Of a stretch of 64,000 bases of DNA, positions 40,001 through 52,978 are shown piece by piece. The notes under the pieces are model-generated. The model had not been told where the DNA came from. It was given only the letters and a program-made list of their open reading frames with translations, and made no database searches. The position numbers were made by a program, and so were the translations under genes. The stretch's first letter is position 1. Every line of letters begins with the position of its first letter. Origin of the DNA: Phoronis australis (taxonomy: Eukaryota > Animalia > Phoronida); assembly GCA_002633005.1 (NCBI GenBank), contig NMRA01000091.1:829820-893819 (forward strand), in the 5' to 3' direction.

Positions 40001-43000
40001 TTTCATCAAGCCTTAAAAGATGACATTAGCTCGCCTGTCGTAGTCTTGCCTTCTTGTTATCTTTTGTGTGTGTGACTATTTTTCATACCTTTAATTGAAT
40101 ATTTGGTTGCCGTGGCAACTCTTTCCTTTGCCCCCGTCTTCATTTGTGACAATTTTACAATGTTTCACTGTTGATTGTCTTTTCAGGACGGATTCTGTCT
40201 CTTATCACTCTTCTTTTTTTGTTAATATTCATACACTTTTCGTTGTTGTTTCAATGTATAAAATAGAAATAATTATTGAATTATTCGGTGTCAGTCACGT
40301 TTCTCAACAAATGGAATCAAATTGTGCTGAGTTTTTAACTAGTCGTATTAAGCATTCTTTGTTTATCATTACCCGAAATTAATGATCGAATCAAAATAAT
40401 TGATTCAGAAAGTGTAGAATCTCTTTACCTTGATATCTTTTAGTAAAAGATGGATGAATTGTTACTTGTATCAATATTTTTTGTGAGGTCCGTATGCAAA
40501 ATTTTCTGGTCGTCCTTATAGTGCCATACAGTAGCTGATGTGCGATTAGTTTAATTGTTTGTAAATAGTGAATTTAAAATTAAATGTTAACTTGTATTAA
40601 TTGTGCTTGTGTTGTGGTTTTAAGGAAAGGGCCAAGCAACTGACAGTTGAACCACCCAAGGTGGAGGAGACTGATACAGACAGGCTTATTGCTAATGAGA
40701 AACTGTGGCGCTCCCTGGTGGAGAAGTGAGTGGAACTTTCTATGCAATAGTTTGAATCACAAATAGCATTAGTTTTGTGTTTATTTTGTTACCATGACAT
40801 CAAAGATACTTATTGTTATTCTTATCGCTTATTGGCAAGTGGTTTTGAACATGTTCAAGCACGTAGTACTAAGTCCCAGAAGATTTTGTTACCGACATGA
40901 CAATCAATGCTGCTTACTAGCTTGTCAATTCCCTCTACACTTCAACATTCATTGAATGCTTGTTGCTCTGTGGTTAGTTGCAACATAACTTACATAATAT
41001 TTTATACTTAGTCTACGTTTTGTACATTATTTATGAAACATTCTGCTCTTTCTGATATGTTTGAGTTAATGCAGTTAATTTCGTCGACAGGTACAAAAAG
41101 GAAATATCTCGCATTCAGAAAGCATGGGAAAAGAAATTTGCCATTCTTCAAGCGAGGTACCGGACTTTTAGAGTTTGGAGTATTTTGTCATAAATTTCAT
41201 TCATTTGGTTCAAAGCATAATCTAAAATTTTATTGAGGAAGGGGCACAGGTTTTTATCCAAGTCTTCGCTTGACTATTTAAAGGTATTTGAGAAGTGAAA
41301 CAAGGGAAGTTTAAAAAATTCAGGTTTTTATACTCTTTATTCTGTGGTCAATGTGGAGCTCATAATATGCGTTATTTTCGGCACAATAAACCACTTCATT
41401 CTTAATATTTTGTCATTGTTTGAAGTTGGCAGATTTTGGCACACTGAGGCAACCCTGAATAGAACTTTAAGTATTAGTCATATTTGGTTAACTTCAATCA
41501 ATTTCTGTCTTTGAGTGGCAACATTAATTGTTCTTGAAAAGTGTTCATTTTCATTATTCCTAAGCGTTGCAACTGGACAGGCCAAACGCTACAAGTTCTT
41601 GCTCTCTGATAAAATGACCCACAAGTAATGCATGCTCGATATGATTTAAATGGTGGCTTCCTTTTTGCGTTTTATGCGTTTTTATCATGTTAAATTCCTG
41701 GGAAATGTGAGTCTTTTGTTCAATTGAATGCAATTATTGTATGTATTATAATTCAAAACGCAAGGAATGCATCAAATTGATTTTCGGGATTGAAGCAGTT
41801 GGTTGTAAATTGAGTTATTGCCAATTTCTTCCTTGAACATGTGAGACATGTCTGCAGTGTGACCTGACATCTGTTGGACTTGCTGAAAACTCATCACATT
41901 TTGCTGTCATGGCCACATGCGTATTATATAGCTGTAAAAGAGGAAATAGGCACAGGGTTCTCAAGGTGCAGGATCCCTGTAACTGACGATTGCCACCAAA
42001 GTACATCTCACTGCTCCTCGAAAAGTTGGCATCCTCCTTAACCATTTGATCATGTTTACTGTCAGTTTGGTCATAAAAACTTTGTTAATTGAGGGGACTT
42101 CATCTACGTTTCACCTTTCAAATGCTTGTGGGTGGTTTTCATCTTGTAAAAATCCGGTCCCTTCACAGCAAGTTTTAAAAAAAAATAAAATTACATGCAT
42201 TAGAAAATCTTTTGCGCGAAAAATTCATAAGGGTTGTGCCATCTGATCATTTACAAATTTCAAAATCCCGTTACTCGTTCACAATGGAGCTGTGACATCA
42301 CTAGACGTTTACAAACATTTGAAAAAGTACAGCTGTGTCGTATACAAAATCCATCGAATTGAACTGTACTCTGCCGACAAATGAACAGTTGACTGATAGG
42401 TTCAGAGCTTGTTTCACTTTAACCGTGTGTTTGTGTGTTGTAGCATCTGTGATTGGCTAAAGTTGGTGTGTGTTGAATATCATTTTACAGTCAGTGTTCA
42501 CTGTAACACCAGAGAACTGTGCATTGTATGCAGTTGAAACTTAAATGCCTTGTTGTATCATTTTTGTTGGAGTCAAAAATTCCGTGTAGCTTTACCCTCA
42601 AGTTGCTGTCAACAATTTGATGATTGGCAACGTATGTCTGTTCTTGCATGATGTGTTTTGGGAAAAGTTCAACTCTTGGCTGCATAATAGTCATATCTGA
42701 AAATCAAAGTGTTTACAACACCATGGCAACAAGGACATGGCTTGACTTTCTTAAGGTATACTTAGGTTATATGAAAACTATTTGTTTGAAAACTGAGACC
42801 AGATTATAGAAAATTTGTAAAGAGCAGGTTAAAGAAACTAAACTCAGTAGCAGTTTTTTTAAGGTTTCACACAATGGACCATGGCAAACTGTGAAAAACG
42901 ATGTTTAGGTACTATGCGTTACTTTTAAACTGATTCTTTAGAAATTATTGCTGCATTCAAAACCCTCTCTAAGTCTATTGTGGTGTGCCCTTCAATTGCT

Positions 43001-46000
43001 ATTTATTTTAGTAAATGTGCAAATGGTGATTACTTCTACAGTCATGTGAATTGACGATCTTTCCTTTTGTCTGGCAGCTTGCATGCCCTGAAGGATGAAG
43101 CATTCCTCAGACACACCTTACAACGGCAAGCAGCCACACTGCATCAAGCCTCTGTCAGCTATGGGGTAAGTTAATGTGCTGCAGACTTAATTACAAAAAA
43201 AATTTCCATGTTTGGTAGCTGCAGAATAAACACTCACCGTCTGATATTTTCAAAACATGAGGAAGCTTCTCAAAGGTTACCAACTGTGTTACTGAGGAAA
43301 TGACAAGATGTCGTTTCGGCACAGACAACTACTGATTGTGAGAGCCACCATTTGCTAGCTTTTCATTGAAATTTTGTACGAAACTGTCTAATGTGTTATT
43401 GAGAAATGTTCTCTGTCATCGATAATTTCTATAGTACCACGTTATTTAAAGAAGTGTGCATTTTTCATCAATCTGTGAAGCAACAAAGCTAGCTGGTCTT
43501 TTGTAAAACTAGATTTTGCATGTTTTACTTAGTAACATTTGTTTGTGTTTGTTGGGCGATGTGGATATTTGAGGGCGTGTGATTACTTGATTCGTTTTCA
43601 TCCAGGGGGGAAGGTTGTGGAGGGGCAGGGATAGTGTTAGCAGGTCTCACGTAAATTCACTCAAGTGAGTCAAACAAAACTAAACTTTGTTTAACTTTTA
43701 ATCTTGTTATCATTTTATTTTTGTTTGATTCATTCATGATTCATTTAGCCCAAATTCATTCTGACTGTTTAAGCTTACGCAGCTATAAGCCTGCCTTCCA
43801 TCACAAAAAACAACTAGATTTATGTGTGTACCGCAATAGTGAAATTAGTCTCAAATTGTTCCTCAGTCACTTTGAAGAGGAATTCAGGGTTTCAAAAGAA
43901 CTGACACTTTGTTATTGGTTGAAATTAGGCTTTACTTATGTTGGCTTGTCACAATGGGTCATTTTTTGCGCCAAACAGGACTTCAACAAATAACGAACTG
44001 TCAGTTCTTTGCAAACTCAGATAACACTTAATATCAACTTAGTATTACCAGCTAAGGAACAAACTGAGACCAATTGCTTGAAGTTTGCTTCTTGGATGGA
44101 ATGTGGGTCAGCTGCTTTAATACAAGTTCTCGTTGTTGAGCTTTAATGCCAATTGTTGATAGTTCTATTTAAGGTTTTTAGTGACTGTCTACTGTTATTT
44201 GTAAATAATTATTTAAAACTCACTGAGAGGAGAAGTTCTGGTTTATGTTAAACTTTGTTTGTTGCACATACTAACTATGATCTTTTTCATCTTATGTTTG
44301 TGTTAGGTTAGTCCGTATTATAGCTGTGATTACAACTGCATATTCTGTGTCATGAAATCCTGCAGTTCAAATACTAGACACTTTCATGATGTGAGTAAGC
44401 GCATTGTTAATAAATCAATTGCATATCAAATCAAACTAATGACTTATAGCAGCACCATTTCAACTTTTGTCCAATTTGGCCATTTTACTCATGTTAGTTT
44501 TATGCACTATTTACTATCCTGTGAGTCAGAACATTTTCTTTCTTCTCATTATTTTTGCTATTTAATTGATTGCATTTAGTTACCAGTTATGTAATACCAT
44601 AATAATTTCTCATCTGAGTACTGAACAGATTATGACCAGTTATGTAACAATAAGTTGACCTTAGTCCCACAAAAGATTTAGTTTCTTTGACAGAGGGTGG
44701 ACTAACAGCAGGTTTAATCATGCTCTTTGAAAATTAAATTGTCTTCATTGGCGTATCCCATTGAAATTGAAATATTCTCCAGGACTCTGAAAATCAGTTG
44801 TTTTGGAGACAAATTAATGATTTTCAAGTTCTTGTACTTACTTATAGTTTTAAAAAACATAAAATTGATGACAGTAAACATTCCAGTGCTTTTAATGAGC
44901 CCTCATATTTTAGACCAAGTACAGGAATTAGATTTATTTTAAAATTTCTTGTAGCCTCATTTCACCCTTTTCAGCTGACTAAAATACGATAATAAAAATT
45001 GATCTCGTGATAGGATTCTATTTCTTCACCAACAATGTCAAAACCATCTGCGACTCAAGAAAACGCTTCAGATGATATTGGGCTTAACCATCCCTAAAAT
45101 TGAAAAGTTTGATGATGGCACATATACACATTGCCTGTTGCTCAAGTTGTGGTAACAGAAATAAAACTCTATCATGTTTCATTCAGCAATAATTCAAGAG
45201 CGGATGAAAGTGGAATGTTTCTAAAAAACAAAATGCTTTGGTAGCTAAGCTGTGGCGAAATGCCTCTTTCTTTTTCGTTGAGAAATTTCATTGAATGAAT
45301 GTTATCTACACTGCATTGTTTGCTTGGCCGTCTAAGATTTTTTACCAGTTTCTTGGACATTATAAATAAGAGGCTGTGCTAAAGAGAGTGTAAAAATGTG
45401 ATTCAAGATCTGATTTGAAAATCTAGAGTGTTATACCGCACTGAGTGTTCTCAGAATATCTTACTGACATTTCAGTTATTAAGCGAATATTGTTTTTTCC
45501 CAGGTTGGAGTTCCTGTCGCCAATTCAGCTAAATCAAAGCAGGTGAGTTGTGCCAGAATGACTATTAAAGTTAACAAGTCTTAGATGACAAATCAGAAAC
45601 TTCTTAATTGAATGTCACAACAACATTTGTGACAAGCTCTCTGATGGGCCTTTTCACATTATGCAATCTCGACCATCTGTTGTTATAGCTAATCAACATT
45701 TTGGTGAAATGATTGTCTTGAAACATGCCTCACATGTGGTGCTATCTGCACAGTTCTCAAATTGCACGCCACCTGGTGTGAGTTCTTACTCATATTTTCA
45801 CCCATCTTCATGCTAGTACTTGTCTTTGGTGTGACAGGTGTGTGTGTTTGCATACAGTCATCTTTGGAACATTGCCTTTTCTGTCAATCCCCGCGACTTT
45901 ACTACAGTAATCCCCGGCCTGATCACTGTTTATGATGTACTTCACGACCAAATATTCACCAATTTCTAACTTATTAGTTCCTATGCTATCCTTCACTACT

Positions 46001-47779
46001 TTAATTTCGATTACATTGCCAATAATTTTCATGAAACAATTTTTGCAGTGTATTTTTCTTTAATTTGTAAGTGCCCTCATTTGACTAAATTGCATTTAGG
46101 ATGCCCACCCCTAGTTTTTCAAAACCTGCTTTTCAAGTTGATCAGTGATGCTTTTTAGTGCTCCACACCCTGATTGTCAAATTTTTCAGTGTCCTGCCGG
46201 TAATTGCACTGAAGGTATACAAAAGTTCAATCCATTTGTTACATAGGCCTGTTTCTGGCTTTAAACCAACTGCTTGTTTATCTTGCATCTTTCTGCTGCT
46301 TTCTTCTCCATCTTGGTTAATGTTTGTCTTTGTTTCCAGAGAGAAATGACTCGCTTTACTGCTACTGCCTCACCGGCGCCCTCTCCCATCAAAGAATATA
46401 ACCACTACAACATCACCCCAGAGCTAGATCAGGAGCTGCAAGGTAGAATATCATGTTGGCGTTTAATTTGCACTTTTTTCAGCCAAGTCTGTTACTGATA
46501 TTAGAATTGTATTTTTTGTTTTTTTTTTGTTTGCACATCATAGGTGTCATTTTATATTCAATCTACACAGAAGTGACACGGCACAACATATGTCTCATCA
46601 GTGGTTCAAGGTCTGTTTTTGTTTGAAATTGGACGCAAGATGCCACTGTGACAGCCACTTTTAATTTTTTTTCCTTTCATCATCTAACAGAAATTTGGTA
46701 TGCAGATAGATCTCCTCAAGGGCTGTTTTTAGCCGTAGTGTACTTTGATTTTTAAGACCTCATTGTATGTTGTAGTTTTCAAATACTGTTAGTATCTTTT
46801 CTTTTTAAAGTCAGAATACTGTGTGTTCATTTCCTGTTCCTGTGCCGTGCTCATATTTCACCTGTTGGTTTCAGACCAACTGAACAATGAAACTGGTGTC
46901 TCACAACCTTCCATGTCAAGGTAATGTACACACAATTTACCATTAATTTTTTTAGGAAACATTATGGTTGAGAGAAGTTTTACGCTTTTCAAAATTACAG
47001 ATTTCCTCTAATTTGTGAGCAAAAACTTTTTGACATTTTGAAAACATCGAGTCTGAAAACAGAACAGCAAGCCATGGTCGATTGTATCAAGAAATTTAAT
47101 CTTTTAGTGGTCATATTAGAAATAAGTTAGTGCCAATGTTTATCTACTTTCTGTATTTGGTTTGACAAACTTCACTAAACCATAAATGATGAGGGAACTT
47201 TAATTATAAAGCATCATCTATAATACTTCTACTGCAGCTTAAAAGCCTTTCTTTTAGAAAACTTACAAAAAATAATTATATTGCTATTTTGTTTGCATAG
47301 TATGTAACATAAGGCAACTGTGACGTGATGGATTCTCTCTAGTAGCCAGCTCACGTGCTGGTAGAAGTTGGAACATACTTGGCAAATTGTATTAGTTGTC
47401 TAACTAAGCACTTTTGTTTTCACTTTTTTACACTTTTAATGGATCAAGCCACTCAATAGCATTTTCCAGTATGTAGTCCCTGAAACACCTATTGCATCAC
47501 GTCCAGTTTACAAACATGTAAAATGTGTTTCCCTGTATTTAATTTCTTTATATGCCTGACTTTTTGAAAATATTTCATGTTACAGTCAAGAGCACAATGT
47601 TAGATTTCCTGGCATGGGAGTTTACGTCTGAATAGTTTTATTCTTTTTGTACTTCTGTAAGCAAGTCTTGTATGATGTTTTGTTGCCCATGTTTTACTTG
47701 AGGTCATTCTAACCCCAGCTCACCGATATCGCTCAGTCCCAGTTTACGGCAGGAGTCCAACCTGGACAATCTCTTGTAG
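18915..47779 (+). CDS. C10orf67: C10orf67-like coiled-coil protein (DUF4709 N-terminal, DUF4724-type C-terminal), multi-exon
   Basis: Phase-consistent exons 18915-19027, 19703-19823 (duplicate 20935-21055), 21709-21800, 23410-23536, 30019-30183, 34859-35003, 36145-36203, 36717-36782, 38319-38384, 39271-39378, 40625-40725, 41091-41156, 43078-43165, 45504-45542, 46340-46442, 46875-46920, 47719-47779, plus cassette exons. Motifs ISDQLKVGFFNLDRCTQT, FRQQLADAI and WEKKFAILQASLHALKDEAFLRHTLQRQ match C10orf67. Confidence 0.85.
19133..19222. mobile_element. About 90-bp MITE-like element
   Basis: agcggtcccagatttagagaac ... gttctctaaatcagggaccgct terminal inverted repeats. Confidence 0.7.
19703..19823 (+). 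CDS. C10orf67: C10orf67-like exon 2, copy 1
   Basis: PSISDQLKVGFFNLDRCTQTEKSDIVDLKEMTEVLQELLT. Confidence 0.8.
20935..21055 (+). CDS. C10orf67: C10orf67-like exon 2, copy 2 (probable haplotype or assembly duplicate)
   Basis: Matches 19703-19823 across the N gap at 19829-20375. Confidence 0.8.
21709..21800 (+). CDS. C10orf67: C10orf67-like exon
   Basis: EVNFLKSDIGFAKKTIEADFEDRLTRKSLE; tgcag| and |gtatgt. Confidence 0.85.
23410..23536 (+). CDS. C10orf67: C10orf67-like exon
   Basis: YVRINEKVENLQNMHKEKVENLRRAFRQQLADAITRLAALWD; ttcag| and |gtaagt. Confidence 0.88.
23769..23888 (+). repeat. 32-bp tandem repeat, about 3.7 copies
   Basis: tgatgaacgattgatgtggcgtattcattaag units. Confidence 0.92.
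30019..30183 (+). CDS. C10orf67: C10orf67-like exon (coiled coil)
   Basis: KNLETKMQSGKSKSSAEVARLNDKVKELQATIQRNESIVHMLKMQLAQYQNVPEK; 165 nt. Confidence 0.85.
30437..30595. mobile_element. Tc1/mariner (pogo/Tigger-type) MITE
   Basis: Perfect 24-bp TIR ccgtaatcgttcgggttaacgccc, TA target-site duplication on both sides, four internal ttaaccgccc repeats. Confidence 0.9.
30752..30829 (+). CDS. C10orf67-like probable cassette exon
   Basis: ctgtag|KVIDDECYAIWLKKRRKHLKSVACQK|gtaggc; 78 nt, phase 0/0. Confidence 0.55.
33528..33914 (+). CDS. C10orf67-like large Ser-rich probable cassette exon
   Basis: 387-nt open frame between catgcag| and aag|gtgatt, phase 0/0. Confidence 0.6.
34859..35003 (+). CDS. 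C10orf67: C10orf67-like exon
   Basis: REATPPPPPPAVDDAELQDLKRKIAKLESMVDNLDSLNEEKTEEIRKL; ends |gtgagt. Confidence 0.85.
35240..36008 (+). repeat. 25-bp minisatellite (tggcttcagaccaggtataatgaac) in two blocks around the N at 35719
   Basis: More than 25 tandem units; the left flank 35169-35240 recurs at about 35720-35795. Confidence 0.95.
39271..39378 (+). CDS. C10orf67: C10orf67-like exon with probable GC splice donor
   Basis: CMAQARMEVNKLSGQSEAELRRLREEKEAAELALSK then aag|gcatgg. Confidence 0.8.
41091..43165 (+). CDS. C10orf67: C10orf67-like conserved C-terminal exons (41091-41156 and 43078-43165)
   Basis: YKKEISRIQKAWEKKFAILQAS|LHALKDEAFLRHTLQRQAATLHQASVSYG. Confidence 0.88.
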
Positions 47780-49289
47780 TCGTTAAGTATGGTTCACAAA
47801 CACCCTGTCACATGCCAAACTTTGCAGAACTGACATCACCAGTCACTGCTAGCTTGTTTGTCTAGTGTATGCTGAGCAGTAGTCTTCACCACAGTCTGTT
47901 CTGTCCAACACTACATTTTTCATAATTTATGCATACTTTGTGTGTAGTCCAGTGCTTCTAAAGCTGTTTTTTACATGGGGAACAGTTGTCATGGCGTGAA
48001 GTGTCATGATGTGACTTGCTGACATTTACACAACATTAGATCGCAAACTGGATCAGCATGAGTCATTTAAACGAATACTTTCTGTGCCCGCTTGTTAAAA
48101 CAATAGCAAATCACCCATATATTTTGCACAAACGGAAAAGAGATGATCTCTTCTGCCTTGTCCTGGTTTGTGTTTAGACGTGTATTTGAAACTGGAGCAA
48201 CTGACTGTCTTGAGTACAACTTGCTCTACCACTCAAACATGTGTCAAAATTTGCCAACGTGGTGTCAACGTTCTCGGTATTAGTCGAGTCGTCACTTGCG
48301 CCCAATCAGTTGTTCCGTGTTCAAGTTGCTCCATGGCAACTGTTTCCCATGTAAATGGGGCTTAGGTGGAAAGGTCCAAATGTTGTGGTGTACTGTCAAA
48401 AATTGTAAACTGTCATATCCTAGGGGTTCAGTTAACATCCACCCCGGCGAGTACATATTGTATTGGATAGTTCCGCTGTTGTGGATTTAGATAGTTTTCA
48501 AGAAGTTGAAAATAATCTAACAATAACAGGCATGGGAATTCATGGTTAAACATTTTACTTGATTAAGTATACACAATCTTCAGGTGAGTTGTATAACACT
48601 GCATGCTCAAATAAGTCAGTGAAACCACAATGTGCTACAGTAGAGTGTACTTACTTGAACATGTCGATTTAAATCGTATATGATGCATGAAGCATATCCG
48701 TTTCACGATAATCAAAAGCACTTTTATGTTTCTGTTGTGTCTCTATGAAGTTATACCTTTACATTGAAAAGTTAATTGGCATGCTTTTAGTAGTTTATAA
48801 ACAACAGGTAAGAAGTCTTGGGTCCACAGACAAGGCTTGCTAGAAATCCAATAAACGTTGAACATTGTGGTGTACTCTGAGATTTTCAGTGGGCAGACAA
48901 CACCTGTTGCAGGTGGATGACACTGAGAAAGTGGATTACTATAGGGTGACGCTTTACTTTGGTACAGTACAAACATGTCCTTTACCCCTGTATTCCTCCA
49001 ACAGTGTGCTTCTTGGTATTTTAAAATGAGAAACCCCATCGATAACATCATAAAAGCGGCATCTCCTTCATTATCATAATTCAATTGCTATGCCATCCAT
49101 TTTAAATAAACGCAGCATGCGTTACAATATATGCATTACAGACAAGTGGAAGCATATTTTCACTTTTTTGCTAAAAACTTATATTGGACGCTACGTAATA
49201 ATAGAAACAGGCCTTTAGAGTTAATGCTTTTCTTCACATTATTAGGGGCGTAGACTGACTGGTAGCTTTAATTCAATCAGGGCTCAGGC

Positions 49290-49551
49290 GGGTCCATTTC
49301 ATGAAAATGGCTTTAAGACTTAAGACAAAAATTTGGTCTTATACCCTCACTTCACAATTGGTGAATGAATATTTAGCCAAGTAATTAGGAACGCATCACC
49401 ATAGGCCATAAATAATTTATAGAAATTATCACAGTAACGAGCAGTTTTGTGTATGTTCTCTGATACTTTACTCTATTACTCAGTTGAGAAGTAGCTGTGT
49501 GGAGTGTAACACCAAATTTCTGTCTTAAGTCACATTTAATGAAACAGAACC
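49290..49551. mobile_element. Degenerate PIF/Harbinger-like MITE
   Basis: Imperfect TIRs gggtccatttcatgaaa...gacttaagacaaaaatttggt and accaaatttctgtcttaagtc...aatgaaacagaaccc. Confidence 0.55.
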
Positions 49552-52500
49552 CAGTTGTGTACAGTTTATACGTTACATAGCATTATCACATGGTGTATTG
49601 TTATTGTTGAACAATGCATTTGGCGCCCTGTAACGATCAACCTTACCCAGCAGACTTTTGTCTTATCATATTTTTTATTTCCGTACTGGTAAATTTGACC
49701 TTATCATAGGATTATTGCATAATTTATCCTCACATATTCAACGGTGGATCCAGGATTTTCTCCCGGAGGATTGGACAGTGGACATACATAGTGGTGCTGA
49801 AGCCCCTCCATTACAGCACTGCACATGTAAAAGTGACGGAGAAGGGTGGCCGGGATCTCCTCGACCCCTCCTCTCTGAATTTTCTGTCAGAAGGATCCTA
49901 TTTTGTATCACATACAAATTCATCCAGTTGGTGGGACGTACAGTTGATGTGACATACAGGGGGTTACAGGGGAATCTTGAGAGTGGGTTCACTGCTTTGG
50001 TCACATTTGTTGTCAGGATCCCACATTCTTACATGTTGGCAGTGGTGGTGGTGGTGGAGTACTTGAATAATTCAACAGCTTCTGCTGTACACTTCTCATT
50101 CTGTTCACCTTGCTGTTATTACCAGAAATTTTGACAATTTGACAATGTCTAGAACATTTTTAAGAACATTCTTAAGTACCAGGGATTTACCATGAACATA
50201 AAGTTCCCATCACGGTTGTTTTGGAAACAAGGTTCCAACAAAGCTCCAATGGTGGCCGTTTCGGGATTGTTTTGCATTTCTGGCACATGTGGAAAAAGAA
50301 GGCAGTATTTTCCCACTTTTTATCGTTAAAATAACCATTGAAATATGTCAAGTTGGACAGCAGCAGTGTCACCAGACTTCCGTTTTGAATCTGCAGTAGG
50401 CAAAGTGAAACCTTTACTTGTGTACCATGCCTTAAAAGCTCATGGATGAATGAGGTTGCTGCGGGTAACCAAACGAGCTTCTGAAGGAGCCCCACTATTT
50501 TTTTTCGATAGACCACCTGTGGGCTCTTTTTGGATGCAATGTCACGTCAGTAAAATGAAGGTTTCTGAAAGACCCCACGCCCAGGTACTAATAATTTCAG
50601 TTATTAACAGAGATTGAGGCAGCATAGCATTTTGTTGACTGTTGGGAAACTCAGTCAGAAGCGCTCCATGCATTTACTAAAATTACTTAACACGCTTTTA
50701 CTGTCTGAAATTCATGACATCTAGATTACTCTGATCCACACTCTGAGTCACCTACACACATTCATGTTGTCCTAACACCACTTCTGGTTTATGCAAGGTT
50801 GCAGATTCTGGCCTATGAGTTTTCTTCTTGTTTACCTTTCTGTCCACATTCAATACTTTGCAATTATCGTGTCTCAACATACTGCTTGTGAAATTTCAGA
50901 AACTTTAAAGTTCCCCTTTTGTGTATCAAAATTAAATAAAGCCACAGTTTCCAGCTAACATAGAAACCTAGCTTATGTCTAACAATAATTGCATGTATGG
51001 TATTCAACCCATGCTATCACTATTGTGATGGGTTAATCAAGTCTAGTCCCTACGTTGTCTTATTACATTGTTGTTGTTTTTTTGTTTTTAACACTTACCA
51101 GTGTATTGTTAAATTTATATGAACCCAGCTGTAGTAAATTGTTCTCTCCATCAATTTTTGACGAAAGTTGGAATTATTTGATTTTTTACAATATTGTATC
51201 CCTATCTTTTCAGAGTTAGCGTGTCTTTAATTTGACATTATCGAATACATTTGAAAAACAACCACCAAACTGTGCAATGCATCCCTCTAGCAATAATCAT
51301 TTCCTCACAGTTGTTTTTGGTTCTGTAGGACATCTTCAGCTGGAAAAAGCGTCAACAACAAAGAGCGGAGTGCCACGAGTTCTAAGAGAGCTGGTGATAC
51401 CAGACCTGAGACAAGGAACAGTAGTGCCAAGACAATCAATATTGTGCTCAAAACACAGTGAAAGTGGTCTTAATGGTCTACAATGATTGTCTCGTTTTTT
51501 ATAGCACATTCTTCTGTGGTGTACTAAATTCCTCTTAAGATATGCATTTGTGACTCTGAAGCTGTGATGATATGGTTTATTATGTACTGTTAATAATATT
51601 CATGTCCGGTATACGTACTGGTAATAAATACTTTGAGGCCTGTATAAGGCAGGTTCTTGCCTCTTTCTCAGAGCAATGGACACAATTTAATTGTGAATTT
51701 TGGGCTGAAAAGTTGAGATATAAATCCATTTTGTTTTCACATTTTTTAAAAAAATTGCCCTTCTGCGGTATTGCTATGCCAGTCTAACGTTGGGCAGGAA
51801 GGATTCTCTGCTTGAAATATATCCTACTGTCAGTAATTTTTAATTCAGATGTTTTAATTCAATGTTCAAAAAAGCACAAGTTATATAAAAGCATATTTTA
51901 CTCACCCTCATTCATGGAGTGGAGCATTGTCATAACTATGAGAATGAAATTGATGTCAAAGATACTGACTGCTGTGTTTTTCAACATTACTGTCTTCTTT
52001 TAGTAATTCAATCTGCAGTGTCCCTGCTTGTTCATCGCCTGAGTTGTTTTGTACTGTTGTTATATTTATCTGTTGACATTATATTAATAGTTTTATTGGT
52101 AAATAACTATTCTCGATTTTTGGTACTCCTTCACAACAAGCATTACTTCCTACCCACTCCTACACATCCAAATCAGGTACTACAACTACTAAGGTCTGTT
52201 AACATAACATATTAACTGGCTGCTCGGATGTCAACATTCCAGGCTTGGCCTGAGAATTATTTCAGGGGCTCATTAAATCCTTAAAACACTAGCTATGACT
52301 TAATTTTATTTGTTTGTCTGTTATGTCTCTTGGTGTTTTACTTCATACTTGCACACCTGAAGAAAGGAAACCGTTCCGAAATTCACAAGCGTACCAGTAT
52401 CAAGCTTGCAAACAAAAAGTCTTGTCGTGTTTTTAACGAAGTTTGTGTAAACGAAGGGATGCTACCGGCATATACTATTTATAAATAGGGGACATCTTCA

Positions 52501-52978
52501 AGTTAGGGCTCCTCTCAGATGAAGACAACTCCACTGTCCTGTTTGTAACCCATTATCACGTTTTATAACCAAAGAATATTCAAATCATGAAGACTGACCA
52601 AGCACACAACAAAGTAATAAGGGTCACCATGTAACAAATATCATATTGCATATTGACCTAATATAAACACCAATACTTCAACCATTCAGTAATCAAGTAG
52701 AGCTATGAAGGTCAGATACTCGACACAACTGCCACACACACACTGTAAATGGCCTACCTCGCCACCAGGTATGGCTTCACTGGCTCGCTCATGCATCCTG
52801 TCAATCAATGCGGTGGTCAGGTGGCTTATTTGTCTGGGACACATTTCATTTGAAGCTGTTTGCTTGTTTTATGGCTCATGGGACTTACTTGAAATAAACC
52901 CGTTTAAATATAAAACTGACATCGTTCAAAGATACTGTTTTCAGAAGGATTGCAAGCATTCGTTTGATTACGAATGGC

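Noticed and set aside
49658-50134. 158-aa ORF with LINE-RT-like WIQDFL
   Set aside because: The motif comes from a degenerate ggatccaggatttt MITE terminus, and no other reverse transcriptase motifs are present.
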